The position numbers and the translations under genes were made by a program. The notes under the pieces were generated by a model. That model searched no databases, was not told the DNA's origin, and worked only from the letters and a program-made list of their open reading frames with translations. Positions 38,201 to 48,980 of a stretch of 64,000 nucleotides of DNA are shown piece after piece (the first letter of the stretch is position 1; each line of letters opens with the position of its first letter). The stretch comes from Antedon mediterranea. Its lineage: Eukaryota > Animalia > Echinodermata. The stretch spans positions 27,962,001-28,026,000 of the forward strand of contig NC_092674.1 in assembly GCF_964355755.1 (NCBI RefSeq). Reading direction: 5' to 3'.

Positions 38201-38458
38201 AATAAATTTTCGGAAGGATAAATAAAGATAATTTGAATGTACTATTCATTTTGATAGATAACCACACTGACTGAGCTTACAACAGAACAGCATAGTGCAC
38301 TGCAACAGAAATTCAACAGAATCTTAATTCTGTTAATACTGATATCATTACTGATGATGTACTTTATACTGACTGTACCAGGAAACAGCTCGGAGGCTGT
38401 CTCACATTCCTGTCCAAGTCAACACCAAGTATACACTGACACTAATAGTAATTCCTAA
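29225..38458 (+). CDS. MOSPD2: Motile sperm domain-containing protein 2 (CRAL-TRIO + MSP + C-terminal TM), ~647 aa
   Basis: Exons 29225-29251, 29693-29747, 29974-30135, 30580-30666, 31515-31672, 32174-32234, 32531-32569, 34176-34300, 34737-35195, 35905-35970, 36400-36461, 36747-36861, 36944-37040, 37354-37483, 37771-37870 and 38258-38458 join in frame (1944 nt). Motifs: DERDLERL, WRKEFGVN, HGKDKEG, DMSGAGVSNMD, LPAHMGGT (Sec14/CRAL-TRIO); AFKVKTTSPDRYKVKPS and DKFLVM (MSP); hydrophobic tail ILILLILISLLMMYFILTV. Confidence 0.93.
30735..30891. mobile_element. PIF/Harbinger-type MITE, family 1 (clean copy)
   Basis: TAA|AGCTCTGTCTACACTATCAAAC...GTTTGATAGCGTAGGCAGAGCT|TAA. Other full or partial copies at ~12083, 12960, 14165, 21288, 26327, 31806, 32007, 37146, 55952, 56810, 61740 and 62409. 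Confidence 0.85.
30990..31490 (+). mobile_element. 5'-truncated non-LTR retrotransposon 3' end (CR1/L2/Crack-like)
   Basis: ORF 31038-31298 ends ...SQFFITVHGPKLWNNLKENLK, typical of a LINE ORF2 C-terminus; it is followed by AATAAA and a TGAA-type tail. Boundaries are approximate. Confidence 0.6.
32836..33679. repeat. 17-bp minisatellite, ~50 copies, in MOSPD2 intron 7
   Basis: Unit GTGGGATTATACCCTAA is highly homogeneous, with occasional CCATAA and GGGTTAT variants. Confidence 0.97.
36140..36372 (+). mobile_element. L2-like LINE 3' fragment with (ATT)n tail
   Basis: Reads APSLWNTLPPSIKNTNSIDIFKPLLKTHLS, then GCGCTATACAAA and an ATT microsatellite tail. Confidence 0.55.
37146..37327. mobile_element. 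PIF/Harbinger-type MITE, family 1, with expanded internal 21-bp repeat
   Basis: TAA|AGCTCTGTCTA...GTGTAGACAGAGCT|TAA; ~5 internal CACTACCATATTTA(A/G)GCATAC units. Confidence 0.8.
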
Positions 38459-38675
38459 CTATAATAAATAGCTTTAATATCATATATATGTACGTATAAC
38501 CGTTTGTATTACTAATATTTTCTTTACATAAACTATTTTCAATTTTTATGTACTGTATATGTGAAGTGTTGTTTGTAAGGATATTGAATCTGGACATGAT
38601 AGAGTTTTTGTTCCTACAGTCTGATGCGATAAGAAATGCTGTAGGGGCTGTGTCGTAGAGGCTAAACCCTGAGGT

Positions 38676-39415
38676 ACACATCACTAGGTCACCACACATT
38701 ACCAGGTCACCACACATCACAAGGTCACCATACTTCACCAGGTCACCACACATCACCAGGTCACCACACATCACCAGGTCACCACACATCACCAGGTCAC
38801 CACACATCACCAGGTCACCACAAATCACCAGGTCACCACAAATCACCAGGTCACCACAAATCACCAGGTCACCACAAATCACCAGGTCACCACACATCAC
38901 CAGGTCACCACACATCACCAGGTCACCACACTTCACCAGGTCACCACACTTCACCAGGTCACCACACATCACCAGGTCACCACAAATCACCAGGTCACCA
39001 CACATCACTAGGTCACCACACATCACCAGGTCACCACACATTACCAGGTCACCACACTTCACCAGGTCACCACAAATCACCAGGTCACCACACATCACTA
39101 GGTCACCACACATCACCAGGTCACCACACATTACCAGGTCACCACACTTCAAAAGGTCACCACACATCACAAGGTCACCACACATCACCAGGTCACCACA
39201 CATCACCAGGTCACCACACATTACCAGGTCACCACATTTCAAAAGGTCACCACACATCACAAGGTCACCACACATCACCAGGTCACCACACATCACCAGG
39301 TCACCACACATCACCAGGTCACCACACATCACAAGGTCACCATACTTCACCAGGTCACCACACATCACAAGGTCACCACACATCACAAGGTCACCACACT
39401 TCACCAGGTCACCAC
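38676..39415. repeat. 18-bp minisatellite, ~41 copies, just downstream of the MOSPD2 stop
   Basis: Unit CACCAGGTCACCACACAT with variants; it accounts for the MCGDLV-repeat ORF on the minus strand. Confidence 0.97.
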
Positions 39416-40834
39416 GATAATCTTAATTAAATTTGTGATGTCCTTTAGTGTATCATCATTGTGTGGATGTGTTTGATATTTAACCTCAAAGTAAAAAGCT
39501 TGTCTTTCAAAATGTAAATAATATTAAGGTCTTCTTGTCAAGTCCGGACTGTCTGTGTTCGAATCCGGTAACCGTCAACATTTTTTGCTTGAATTTTGTA
39601 CTTAACCATCGCGTTTAACTATTTTTGATCAATGAATCAGATTTGTAACTATTTTATATTCGATAACGCTTTAATGTTATTACATATGCAAGCTTTTAAA
39701 AACTCAATTTTACACTCTTGAGTGCAAAAGTGCTCGGGAAAATATTTTCAGAAGGTTTCGTATTTGTATTGGACCTAACCATACAAAAATACCCAACATA
39801 AAACTGTTAGAATGTTACATTTTATATACACAATATGTTTATTTTTAAATATTATTAATATGTAAAAATGTATTCATCCTCCAATTGTTCACGATTCATA
39901 TAGTAATTTATGCGAAACGTATTTTTAGTGCAATTTTATAAGACTATTTCAGCTTAGGTTTTAATTATTGTTTTGTTTTACTATATATTACTAAATATTA
40001 ATATTTTGTTGTATATACGATGTGATATCGGTTTGGTTTTCAGTCTCACCGATTTTTGTACTATTCTATCAATTGAATCCATTTTGTAGTGCATTAAACA
40101 AATTATTTGAATGTTCAGTTTGATAGAGTACATGGACTAAACTACACAGCATTCATATCTACACTTTTAATAAATATTTTTATCTACATGCGTTAATTTG
40201 CCAAAGATACGCTATTTTCTGCTTATGAACTAAAGCTGAACATTTACCTTTAACCTTTATGCAATTTATAATTTAGTTTAGCGCTTTAAAGATCTTATTA
40301 TTTATTTGATTACAAAAGTTGGTTTAGAATAATATACATTTAGCCTATTGGACCTTTTCTATCACATGACTCCGGAATAGTTAAGTTATGATGTAAACTC
40401 AGTTTAATATGTTTTGTTATCGATTGCACCGATAATTACATTATTATTACTTAATCTCATATAAAAGTAATAAATCATGGATTATTAATTATACACCGTA
40501 TTACAGACCTATTACATTTTTACAGTTGTTTGTAAAAATAATACTTTTGTCTATCTATATTCACGAATGTTCGTATTATTAGAAACTGCTCTCTCCGCCG
40601 CCGCCAGATTTCTGCGTATTGAACCATTTCCGAATCGGACAACGCACTGTGGCACGCGCGCACATCGTTTCCGATTTGTGTTGGTACGCGCGCGTTTTAC
40701 TAGTGAATGCGGGTCAAATTGTACTATGGAAACGGCAATAATAAACATTCAATTGAACAGCTGAAACGAAGAAGTTCGTTTTATACTGACCACATCTGCT
40801 ATTATTAACTAGAAATCTAAGAGAAAATTAAAAA

Positions 40835-41934
40835 ATGGATATGACAAATGGTAAGATAATTTACTTATGTAGTATTTTTATTATATAATACTGTAATTGC
40901 ATTGATTATTAAATATTTATTTAGGCCTTACAACAATTCATTTACATTTCTTTGGTTATTAAGGTCCTGTGCACAAGTCCGGGACCCGTCGTAGACATGA
41001 ACCGAACAACCGAGAGCGCTCTCTCGAATTACCGCCATCGTTTAGAAGACCTAAACAAGTCCCAGTAAATTCAACAAATGATTGTGATGTTGGAACAATC
41101 AGAAACTTGCTAGCAAGTGCCCGTTCTGAGATTCAACGGTTTACTGATCTGATGTCCGATTACGTCGACTTAGCCGATCGACGAGTTAAAAATATACAAG
41201 AACCACCGGCTAGTGCTTTCCCCGGAGGAACGACAGATGAAAAAATACAATATTATGAAAACAGACGTCAGAAGTGTGCACACGCATACGAAATGAGTTT
41301 GAAATCAAGAAAACGTGATGAAAATGCGAAGAATTTACAGATTTTTCCAGATGACGGTTTTAGAAAGAGATATTTTCTAAAAGAAGAAATGAGGATTGAA
41401 ATGAAACTCGAAGCGGAGGAAGAATTTGCGAAGCTATGCGAATACATAGTTAAAATCAGGCAACGTAAATTTAATCGTGCTAATAGTTTAGACGATGTTC
41501 AAGAAGTAGGACATTCCCGCCAAAATGAGGAATCACAGGCGTTACTGACTAGACGACAGTTAGTTGGGAGCGAAGAGAGGAATAGAGTAATGGATCATAG
41601 TGCTGGTGATGGAGCAACGAACCAACACCAAGGAGATGTAATAGCACATGATGACCAGACCACGACACCAGCCATTGATGGTGATAACGCAACAGTAGGC
41701 AGTAATCAACACCAAGGAGATGTAATGGCACATTGTGACGAGTTCACGACACCAGCCATCGATGGTGATAACGCAACAGTAGGCATTAATCTACAGGAAA
41801 GTACTACTGCCCAACCTCGCCGCCGCCGTTGGCGAATTCGTGTGCCGTGGCTTCGACGGATCTGGCGATGGGCACGCAAGCATCGACGGCGAAACAACAG
41901 AACTATTCCAGATGCTGCAGCAGACAACCAATAG
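40835..41934 (+). CDS. Orphan ~328-aa protein with a 28-aa internal duplication and an Arg/Trp-rich basic C-terminus
   Basis: Exon 1 40835-40850 (MDMTN, donor GTAAGA) splices in frame to exon 2 40964-41934 (long open frame). A CpG-rich upstream patch lies at ~40560-40780. I recognise no domain. Confidence 0.7.
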
Positions 41935-42644
41935 TGTTTTTTTTTAAATTTCATGATGTTTGTATTTCAAAATGTGAATTAAACAAGATTTCATAGCAAA
42001 ACGAGTTTGAAGTTTTATTGTTCACACACAAGAAGCTGGAAATAATTCCAAAATCAAAAGCTTAACATTTCTGTTTAAAAAAACTCCTATAATAGCATAA
42101 TATATAACATCGTGCACCCCATACAATACGAAAAGTACACTTTTTTCTCAACGTAAACAAACACACATGTCGACACAACAGTCTACTGTAATTTTGTAGC
42201 CAGTGACTCCAAAGAACCTCGGCCCTCGCAAAGTCTGGTTTCTGAAAACAATAATATGCGGGGATCGAGGTTCTGGTACATGAACATCGTATACCAATTA
42301 TTTTTTCGATCCAACTCCCCACCCTTAAACTCCCTTAAACGAACGCAATACCCCTATACTAAAAAACTATCAATTATAGCAAGGAACTTGTTGATTGCAC
42401 TTTTGTCCATTAATGATGAAACAATTGTTTTGTCGAAGTTGATAATGTAAGCTATTTACATTAAATTAATAGGATAGTTTTATGTTAACATTATTGCGAA
42501 AATATCATTTTAAAGAAACTAAAACAACAGTTGTTGCTGAATGCAACCGGAAAGGTGATCCTTTACAAATGAACAGACACTCTGTTCATTCCAAATTAAC
42601 GAGTGTATTCCTTCTGTCCCTTTAGTATTGTCTCACACTAGGCA

Positions 42645-44015
42645 TTATTCGTACATAAGATAGCGAATGATTTGCTTTGGTAGTGGAAGCGAACTTAACT
42701 TTGATAAGTCATTTCGGCCAAAATAGTCGCGAATAAACAACCTGGAGAGATGTTTCAAAGACCGGGGAGTATCGTTCATTGTAATCAGGTGTGATCTTAG
42801 AGGCTCTTGCAGCTTCTCTGGAATGTTGCCATTGCTGTCATAAAGACAAACAATATCTGATCCTTCAATCACAACACTCGCTGTCTCTGATATGTATGGT
42901 AAACCAATCAGAAGTGGTAGGAGGGTAAATGGGTCATCTCGACTGAAACTTAATGTCCAGACGGCTCCGTTGTTAATAAGAATCCTTAATTTTTCGCCAC
43001 ACATGCTATCCATGGCTTCCAAATCGTTATTGAAGAAGCTTTGCAACTTCAGCAAGACGTATTGCATCGGTGTTTCCCCACTTTCAGTCTGCGCATTTGG
43101 ATTCGCTCCATATTTGATTAATAACCGGAGCATGTCGGTGTCGTCACACATGGAGCATGCTCTGTGGATTGGTTGACATTTACGATGATTACATGAATTG
43201 ATGTCAGCACCGTGAATTAGAAGTAGTTTGGCGATCTCAAGGTTTCCTTGTGCCGCAACTCTGTGTAGAGGAGTGTTCAGTTGCGAATCGCTCAAGTTCG
43301 GATCCGCGCCATGTTTCAGAAGCAACTCAACAATTCCCTTTTCTTCACCGACGACTGCTAGTCGAAGAGGAGTCACACGATTCCTTGACGGAGGTATTGT
43401 GATAACATTTGGATTCGCACCGTACCGTAGTAACAGGAAGACAAATAAGATATTTCCAGTCTGTGCAGCGATATGTAGAGGCGTCATTCCATTTCGGTCG
43501 CGTACATCGGAATCGGCCCCATATTTCAACAGAACTTCGAAACAGTCTGGTAAATCCGATCGCACCTGAAAAATTTCGTGCCCAAAGTGGCGATGTTTGT
43601 AGTTAGGATTAGCGCCAAATTTTAGCAGTCGTTCAACAATGTCTGTATGTCCTTTGTATAAAGCAAGATGCAAAGCGGGGCAACTGGTCATGTCCAGCGC
43701 GTTGACGTCAGCACTGTGATCCAGAAGAACGGTGAGAGCATCACGACTGCCATATCGTGCTGCGATGTGGAGAGGTCTGAAACCACACTTGTCTGATAGC
43801 TCGATATCCGCGCCGTTTTCTATCAAGCACATCATGTAGTCCGGTTTGTTTTTATACACAGCATGGTGGATTGGCCGCAGCTGCATTGAGCTCTGAGGTT
43901 GGTTGACATCAGCTCCTTGTTTTAAAAGCTCTTGCAACCTGCTGACTGGTTGCCCGCCATTGATGACGTCTATCAACCCTTGAGATGTCAGCGGAGGATC
44001 TGCTGCGGCTTCCAT
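42645..44015 (-). CDS. Ankyrin repeat and SOCS box (ASB) family protein, 456 aa, CDS in one exon
   Basis: Multiple ankyrin repeats (RPLHIAARYG, TPLHIAAQTG, TPLHRVAAQG, LLKYGAD/LLRYGANPN) and a C-terminal SOCS box PRSLKHLSRLFIR...LPLPKQIIRYL. Likely 5' UTR intron 44946-44050 (GTAAGT...TTTTCAG). Confidence 0.93.
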   Translation of the reverse strand: MEAAADPPLTSQGLIDVINGGQPVSRLQELLKQGADVNQPQSSMQLRPIHHAVYKNKPDYMMCLIENGADIELSDKCGFRPLHIAARYGSRDALTVLLDHSADVNALDMTSCPALHLALYKGHTDIVERLLKFGANPNYKHRHFGHEIFQVRSDLPDCFEVLLKYGADSDVRDRNGMTPLHIAAQTGNILFVFLLLRYGANPNVITIPPSRNRVTPLRLAVVGEEKGIVELLLKHGADPNLSDSQLNTPLHRVAAQGNLEIAKLLLIHGADINSCNHRKCQPIHRACSMCDDTDMLRLLIKYGANPNAQTESGETPMQYVLLKLQSFFNNDLEAMDSMCGEKLRILINNGAVWTLSFSRDDPFTLLPLLIGLPYISETASVVIEGSDIVCLYDSNGNIPEKLQEPLRSHLITMNDTPRSLKHLSRLFIRDYFGRNDLSKLSSLPLPKQIIRYLMYE

Positions 44016-45514
44016 GTTTGCAGTGGCAAGTAAGTACCAATTGTTTTTTCTGAAAATACATATTTTGCATGGTTAGTATCTTGGCACGTATTATTGATGA
44101 TTTTGAACGCACTATTATGTTAGTAACTTTTAATTTTTTTGAACGCACTATTATGCATACATCAATTTGTGTCGTGTAATTTTTCTTGCGAAATGAAAAA
44201 ATATTTACTTTGACGTCAGTAGGCCTACTAATATTTTGTAAATTACCCGTAATTACGTCATGTCGACCTACATATTTGTTTTGTTGATATTTTTATTATA
44301 CAATCGTAAGCACTGGTCATCCTTATATTTAGGCTACTTTATTTTTGGTTTGGCTGTCATGAATTCTTCCGAAAGAACCAATAATTCTAAATCTTCGAGT
44401 TCTTTTTGTAGTCCAACAACAGCATAACGTTCTTTACTTTTTAAATTCATGTTTTTTCAAAGTAAGCTTGGCCCTGTTAAATTTGGTATATTAAACACTC
44501 TAATAATGTCTTGTATTTGCCTATAAATATTTATACTTTAGGCCTATATATAGAGTTATAGTGTATTTTATATTGTACGATTGCGTTACTAAAATAGGTC
44601 TTGATTATGCAATTGAACTACGTGTACTGTGTTGTTAGACACAAAAACGTCATGAGCGATTGAAACGTACGTATTGCACATGCGCTAATTTGTGGTGTCG
44701 TTTGATTGTCTCCTAATATTAATTACTTTTTTGTCTGTAGGCCTAATCATCATGACCTTTGTGGTCTTAAAATTAATTAGTATTTTATATATTTTATGAC
44801 GGTAGGCCTACAACAAACATTGTTAAATCACGGAGGAAGTAAGAAGCAAAGAAGCCACAAACATATATTTTGTCCCGGTCTTCAAATTTCGTAAGAAGTA
44901 GGCCTATGTTAAATATTATAATAATTATATAAAAAATGAAACTTACCGGTTACGCGTACACGATAAGAAACAGCCTAATCACAGCGAACGCTATATTCAT
45001 ATGTTACACCATCAAGTATCCTCGAATTGTAATATGTCTTCACGTCATAAAGATTCTTAATTAATTTTCGCATTAACTTCTGATTCAGTCTTCTCTTTAA
45101 TACTTATCAATACGTTTATAGAGCATCGTCATCATGACTTGATCATTTACGCAGTGAGCAACATTATTATTCAGAATGTACATCGCCAAATATGCAACTA
45201 AGGAAAGTTTGACACAGAGGTCAAGAATCCGTGGTATTTTTGGCGCGCTATCTCTTGATGAGTTAATCACTGTAGGCCTACAACATGATGACGTAGTGCG
45301 TGACGTGCTATATTTAGATTAACCGTCTTAATAGATACACCATGTCTCTTACGTAGACAGTGTTTAAAGACGAATTCTGAGAATGTGCGTACATTAATTG
45401 ATATGCGTCAACTCGCTATAAATATTGTTATATTATGTAAAACTCGTGACTGGATCACATTACCTGAAACGCTTCTGTAACTTATTCACAACTAGGTGGC
45501 GCCCTTGATTACTC

Positions 45515-48500
45515 TTTTTTTTTTTTTTTTTTTTTTTTTTATTCAATCAAAACCAACAGCGATAAATACCGCCACTAACAGGTTTGAAACATAAAACAAT
45601 ACAACATCAAAAACGGTTAACAATAAAATACAGATAAAATATATATATATATATATAAAACATAGATTGGCATGCCATAAACAATTTCAATTAAAACAGG
45701 TTATGCAGGCTGTTCAAGAAGTGAACACATCATCGTCCTCTTAAAATAACCAAGTCTATCATTAAAAATATCGATATGATTGCTATTTAGATTATTAAAT
45801 GTATAAGGTAGTCTATGAAAAAGTCCCCTCTTAGTACAGTCGACACGGCTAAAAGGAATATGCAATAAATGTCTATTTCGTGTACGACCAGGAACATTTA
45901 AACTAAATAGTGAAATTAATGAACAGTCATATTTAGAATTTAAAATATTATATAAAAAAACCATATCAGATATCGTTCGACGATTGCTGACAGAATCAAT
46001 GGAAAAGGCAAAATTAACACAGTTATAAGACAGGAATCGAACAAACTTCCGTTGAACAGTGTCGATTCGACGGGCCTGACATGGAGAAATTGAATTGAAA
46101 ATTGCGGAACAATATTCAAGGTGAGGACGTATAATAGATTTGTATAAAGATAAAAGTGCCCTGCCGTCGTTCATAAACCTACAATTTCTCCATATTAAGC
46201 CCATCATTCTATTAGCTTTTGACAACACATGATTAATATGTGAACAAAAATTTAATTTACTATCAATAAAAATACCTAAATCTTTCCATACATAAACCAT
46301 CTCAAGATCATGTCCACTCAGATTATAATTGAAGAGCACAGGCCTTTTTTTAAGTGTTATAGATAAATATTTGCATTTATTAGCATTAAGTTTTATCCCC
46401 CACTTCTCCGTCCATTCCACGAGACCATCCAGATCCTCCTGAAGTGAAAAAGCATCCTGTGGAGTGGTAATCACTTTAAACAATTTCAGATCGTCAGCAA
46501 ATAAAAGAGACTCGGAATGATTAAATTTTAAAGGAAGATCGTTGATAAATAAATTAAACAAAAGCGGGCCCAGGATCGAGCCCTGCGGAACGCCCGATAA
46601 CACAGGGAGCCAATCAGATGTCTCTCCCCCAATGACAACACGCTGTTGTCTATTAGTTAAATAGCTTTTAAACCAACTTAACAGTGAACCGGATAAACCA
46701 AATTTTGAAAGTTTAAAAATAAGCAAATCATGGGAAACGGAATCAAAAGCCTTAGAGAAATCAGTGTAAATCACATCGCACTGCTTCTTGCTGTTAATTG
46801 CATCGTATGATGTAGCAAGAAGCAGTGCGAGGTTGGTTTGACATGATCTCCCAGAGACAAAACCATGCTGCCTAGGACTTAAAGCATTAGCAACATGTGA
46901 TGACAAACCATCATGCACAATGCGCTCAAAAATCTTAGACATAGTAGGCAATAACGAAATAGGACGATAGTTACAGATTAGTTTTTTGGGACCACTCTTG
47001 TGAATTGGGACAATATTAGCGTGTTTCCAAGATGAAGGAAAAACCCCAGAATTAATAGATAGCTGAAACAATTTGCAAAGCGGATAAGAGAGTGAGGAGG
47101 AGGCACCCTTTAAGACAACGTTACTAATCTGATCAATGCCAGTAGCTTTATTGATATCAATGTTACTAAGTGCCTTTTCCACAGAATGCTGATTCACAGA
47201 CAGAGAACTTAAGTTATCCACCGCATAGTCAGGAAGACCTGGATAGTCCCGGGGAACGTCCGGAGAAGGCTCACTGAAAAAAGAATGAAAATAAGAATTA
47301 AATGTGGTAGCTTTATCATAATTAGACTGGAATGAAATGTTATCGTGACTCATGACAGAAGGAAGATTATTTGACTTGTATTTAGTTTTCATCCAGCTCC
47401 AGAATCTTTTACTGTTAGTGACAATTTGCTTAGCCAAAGAGTCCAAGTAATCTTTGTACTTTTTATTGCACATTTTTTTAAAAGACGCGCGAGCAAATTT
47501 GAAATTACTTTGGGCTAACCGATTATTATTTTTTTTCAGATATCTATAATACTTTTCTTTGAGTTGAAGCGCACTTCTCAACTCATTGTCAAACCACGGA
47601 GGAAGCTTTCTGCGCTTTCTAATTTTAGGCACTGTGTCATTGACGGCAGCATTTAACAAATTATAAAACATATCCAAAGCTTCATTTAAATCACCTTCAA
47701 AATCAATTAAGACACTCCATGGAACACAGTTAAGAGTATTACATAGATTATTGACATCAAGTGCTTTAAAATTGTAAATTATACTTTTACGATTCAAATT
47801 ATCATTACTACAATTAACATCAAAATTTAAACGGAAATCAATTCTCAAAGATGAGTGGTCAGATAAAAAAATATCGTTAGCAGTATAGACTTTGTCGGAA
47901 ATGTTTTTACTACAAATAACAAGATCAAGCATTTTATCCATTCTTGTACAGTACGTATTGCATTGAAATAGGCCACAGCTAGAAAGCAATACATCAAGTA
48001 AGTGTTCTCCCATGGACTGAGCTGGAGCAGAATAAGGGTTGCTACTCCAATTAATTTCGGGCAGGTTGAAATCTCCTAGAATGAGGAATTCACTGTTTTT
48101 GTAGTAGAGCATAGCGATTTCCACAGACGAAGTAAAACGACGGAGGACATCGGGTGTAGCGTTTGGTGGTCTATAGAATAATCCAACAAGTAGGCTAATA
48201 CGCCGCTTTAGCTGAATCTCTATCCACATGAACTCCGTTGAATCACTTTCTAGGCGTTCCACTCGGTTACAGGTAAATTTGTTATTCACTAGCATCAGGA
48301 TACCACCACCGCGTTTATCAGTATCTCTATCGCGTCGAAATAAAGTGTAATTAGAAACGGAAAGTTCAGAATCGAGCACGTTGCAGTTTAACCATGTTTC
48401 CGTAAGTGCGACAATATCCAAATTGCTCTGAATTAGGTGTGCATTCAGATCTGAGTTGTATACGTCCATTTTATTCTTCAGGCTACGTACGTTTTGATAG

Positions 48501-48980
48501 TATACCTTAACTGAAGATGTCTGAGTATTACCTGGACCTGGATTCGATTCAACATCGCCACTTAAAAGAATACAGAATGTAACAGTGGAATTAGAATAGA
48601 GCAAACGTGGTGCACTGTAGATCTTCCTTGACGGTCTGCTGCTACGTTGGAATGCAACAACACTCGTAGTCGTACTGCTTTGACCGCATAGATACAAATT
48701 CCAACATTTACATACAACGATGCTAGGAATGTTGCAGCTTACCGGCTCAGAGTATCCATCGACTGGCCTTAGCCATTGATTTCTGGATGAAAATCCCATA
48801 TTAAAACTTGAAAAATAGAGGCCAAGAAATAAGTTCAAAATAAGTAGCGGCACACGTAGCCCGGTCGAACACATCATGTAGACTAGTCTACAGTATGCCT
48901 ACGTTGACTGGCCTAGTATCCACACAATGGGTAGCCTAGCGGAGCTCGATATGAACACGTCCGCTCACAACGAGAACTGT
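45515..48980 (-). mobile_element. Apparently intact APE-type non-LTR retrotransposon (CR1/L2 group) with poly(A) tail
   Basis: T26 run at 45515-45540 (poly(A) on the minus strand), ~160-nt 3' UTR, one uninterrupted 1058-aa ORF and a short GC-richer 5' segment ending near 48980. The 5' end is approximate; no TSD was identified. Confidence 0.9.
45701..48877 (-). CDS. LINE ORF: N-terminal leader + 2A-like motif + AP endonuclease + reverse transcriptase
   Basis: Endonuclease motifs YYQNVRSL, ALTETWL, GLFYRPP, ILGDFN, SDH; RT motifs NYRPISLLP, QHGF, YTDFSKAFD, GVPQGSILGPLLF, FADD, KDLGI; LLSGDVESNPGP with DVESNPGP at aa 108-115. Confidence 0.95.
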   Translation of the reverse strand: MMCSTGLRVPLLILNLFLGLYFSSFNMGFSSRNQWLRPVDGYSEPVSCNIPSIVVCKCWNLYLCGQSSTTTSVVAFQRSSRPSRKIYSAPRLLYSNSTVTFCILLSGDVESNPGPGNTQTSSVKVYYQNVRSLKNKMDVYNSDLNAHLIQSNLDIVALTETWLNCNVLDSELSVSNYTLFRRDRDTDKRGGGILMLVNNKFTCNRVERLESDSTEFMWIEIQLKRRISLLVGLFYRPPNATPDVLRRFTSSVEIAMLYYKNSEFLILGDFNLPEINWSSNPYSAPAQSMGEHLLDVLLSSCGLFQCNTYCTRMDKMLDLVICSKNISDKVYTANDIFLSDHSSLRIDFRLNFDVNCSNDNLNRKSIIYNFKALDVNNLCNTLNCVPWSVLIDFEGDLNEALDMFYNLLNAAVNDTVPKIRKRRKLPPWFDNELRSALQLKEKYYRYLKKNNNRLAQSNFKFARASFKKMCNKKYKDYLDSLAKQIVTNSKRFWSWMKTKYKSNNLPSVMSHDNISFQSNYDKATTFNSYFHSFFSEPSPDVPRDYPGLPDYAVDNLSSLSVNQHSVEKALSNIDINKATGIDQISNVVLKGASSSLSYPLCKLFQLSINSGVFPSSWKHANIVPIHKSGPKKLICNYRPISLLPTMSKIFERIVHDGLSSHVANALSPRQHGFVSGRSCQTNLALLLATSYDAINSKKQCDVIYTDFSKAFDSVSHDLLIFKLSKFGLSGSLLSWFKSYLTNRQQRVVIGGETSDWLPVLSGVPQGSILGPLLFNLFINDLPLKFNHSESLLFADDLKLFKVITTPQDAFSLQEDLDGLVEWTEKWGIKLNANKCKYLSITLKKRPVLFNYNLSGHDLEMVYVWKDLGIFIDSKLNFCSHINHVLSKANRMMGLIWRNCRFMNDGRALLSLYKSIIRPHLEYCSAIFNSISPCQARRIDTVQRKFVRFLSYNCVNFAFSIDSVSNRRTISDMVFLYNILNSKYDCSLISLFSLNVPGRTRNRHLLHIPFSRVDCTKRGLFHRLPYTFNNLNSNHIDIFNDRLGYFKRTMMCSLLEQPA

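Noticed and set aside
38442-39404. 320-aa MCGDLV-repeat ORF
   Set aside because: A by-product of an 18-bp minisatellite lacking stops in one frame; antisense to the MOSPD2 3' end, with no supporting gene structure.
42892-43606. Plus-strand ORFs over the ASB gene
   Set aside because: Antisense shadow frames of the ankyrin CDS.
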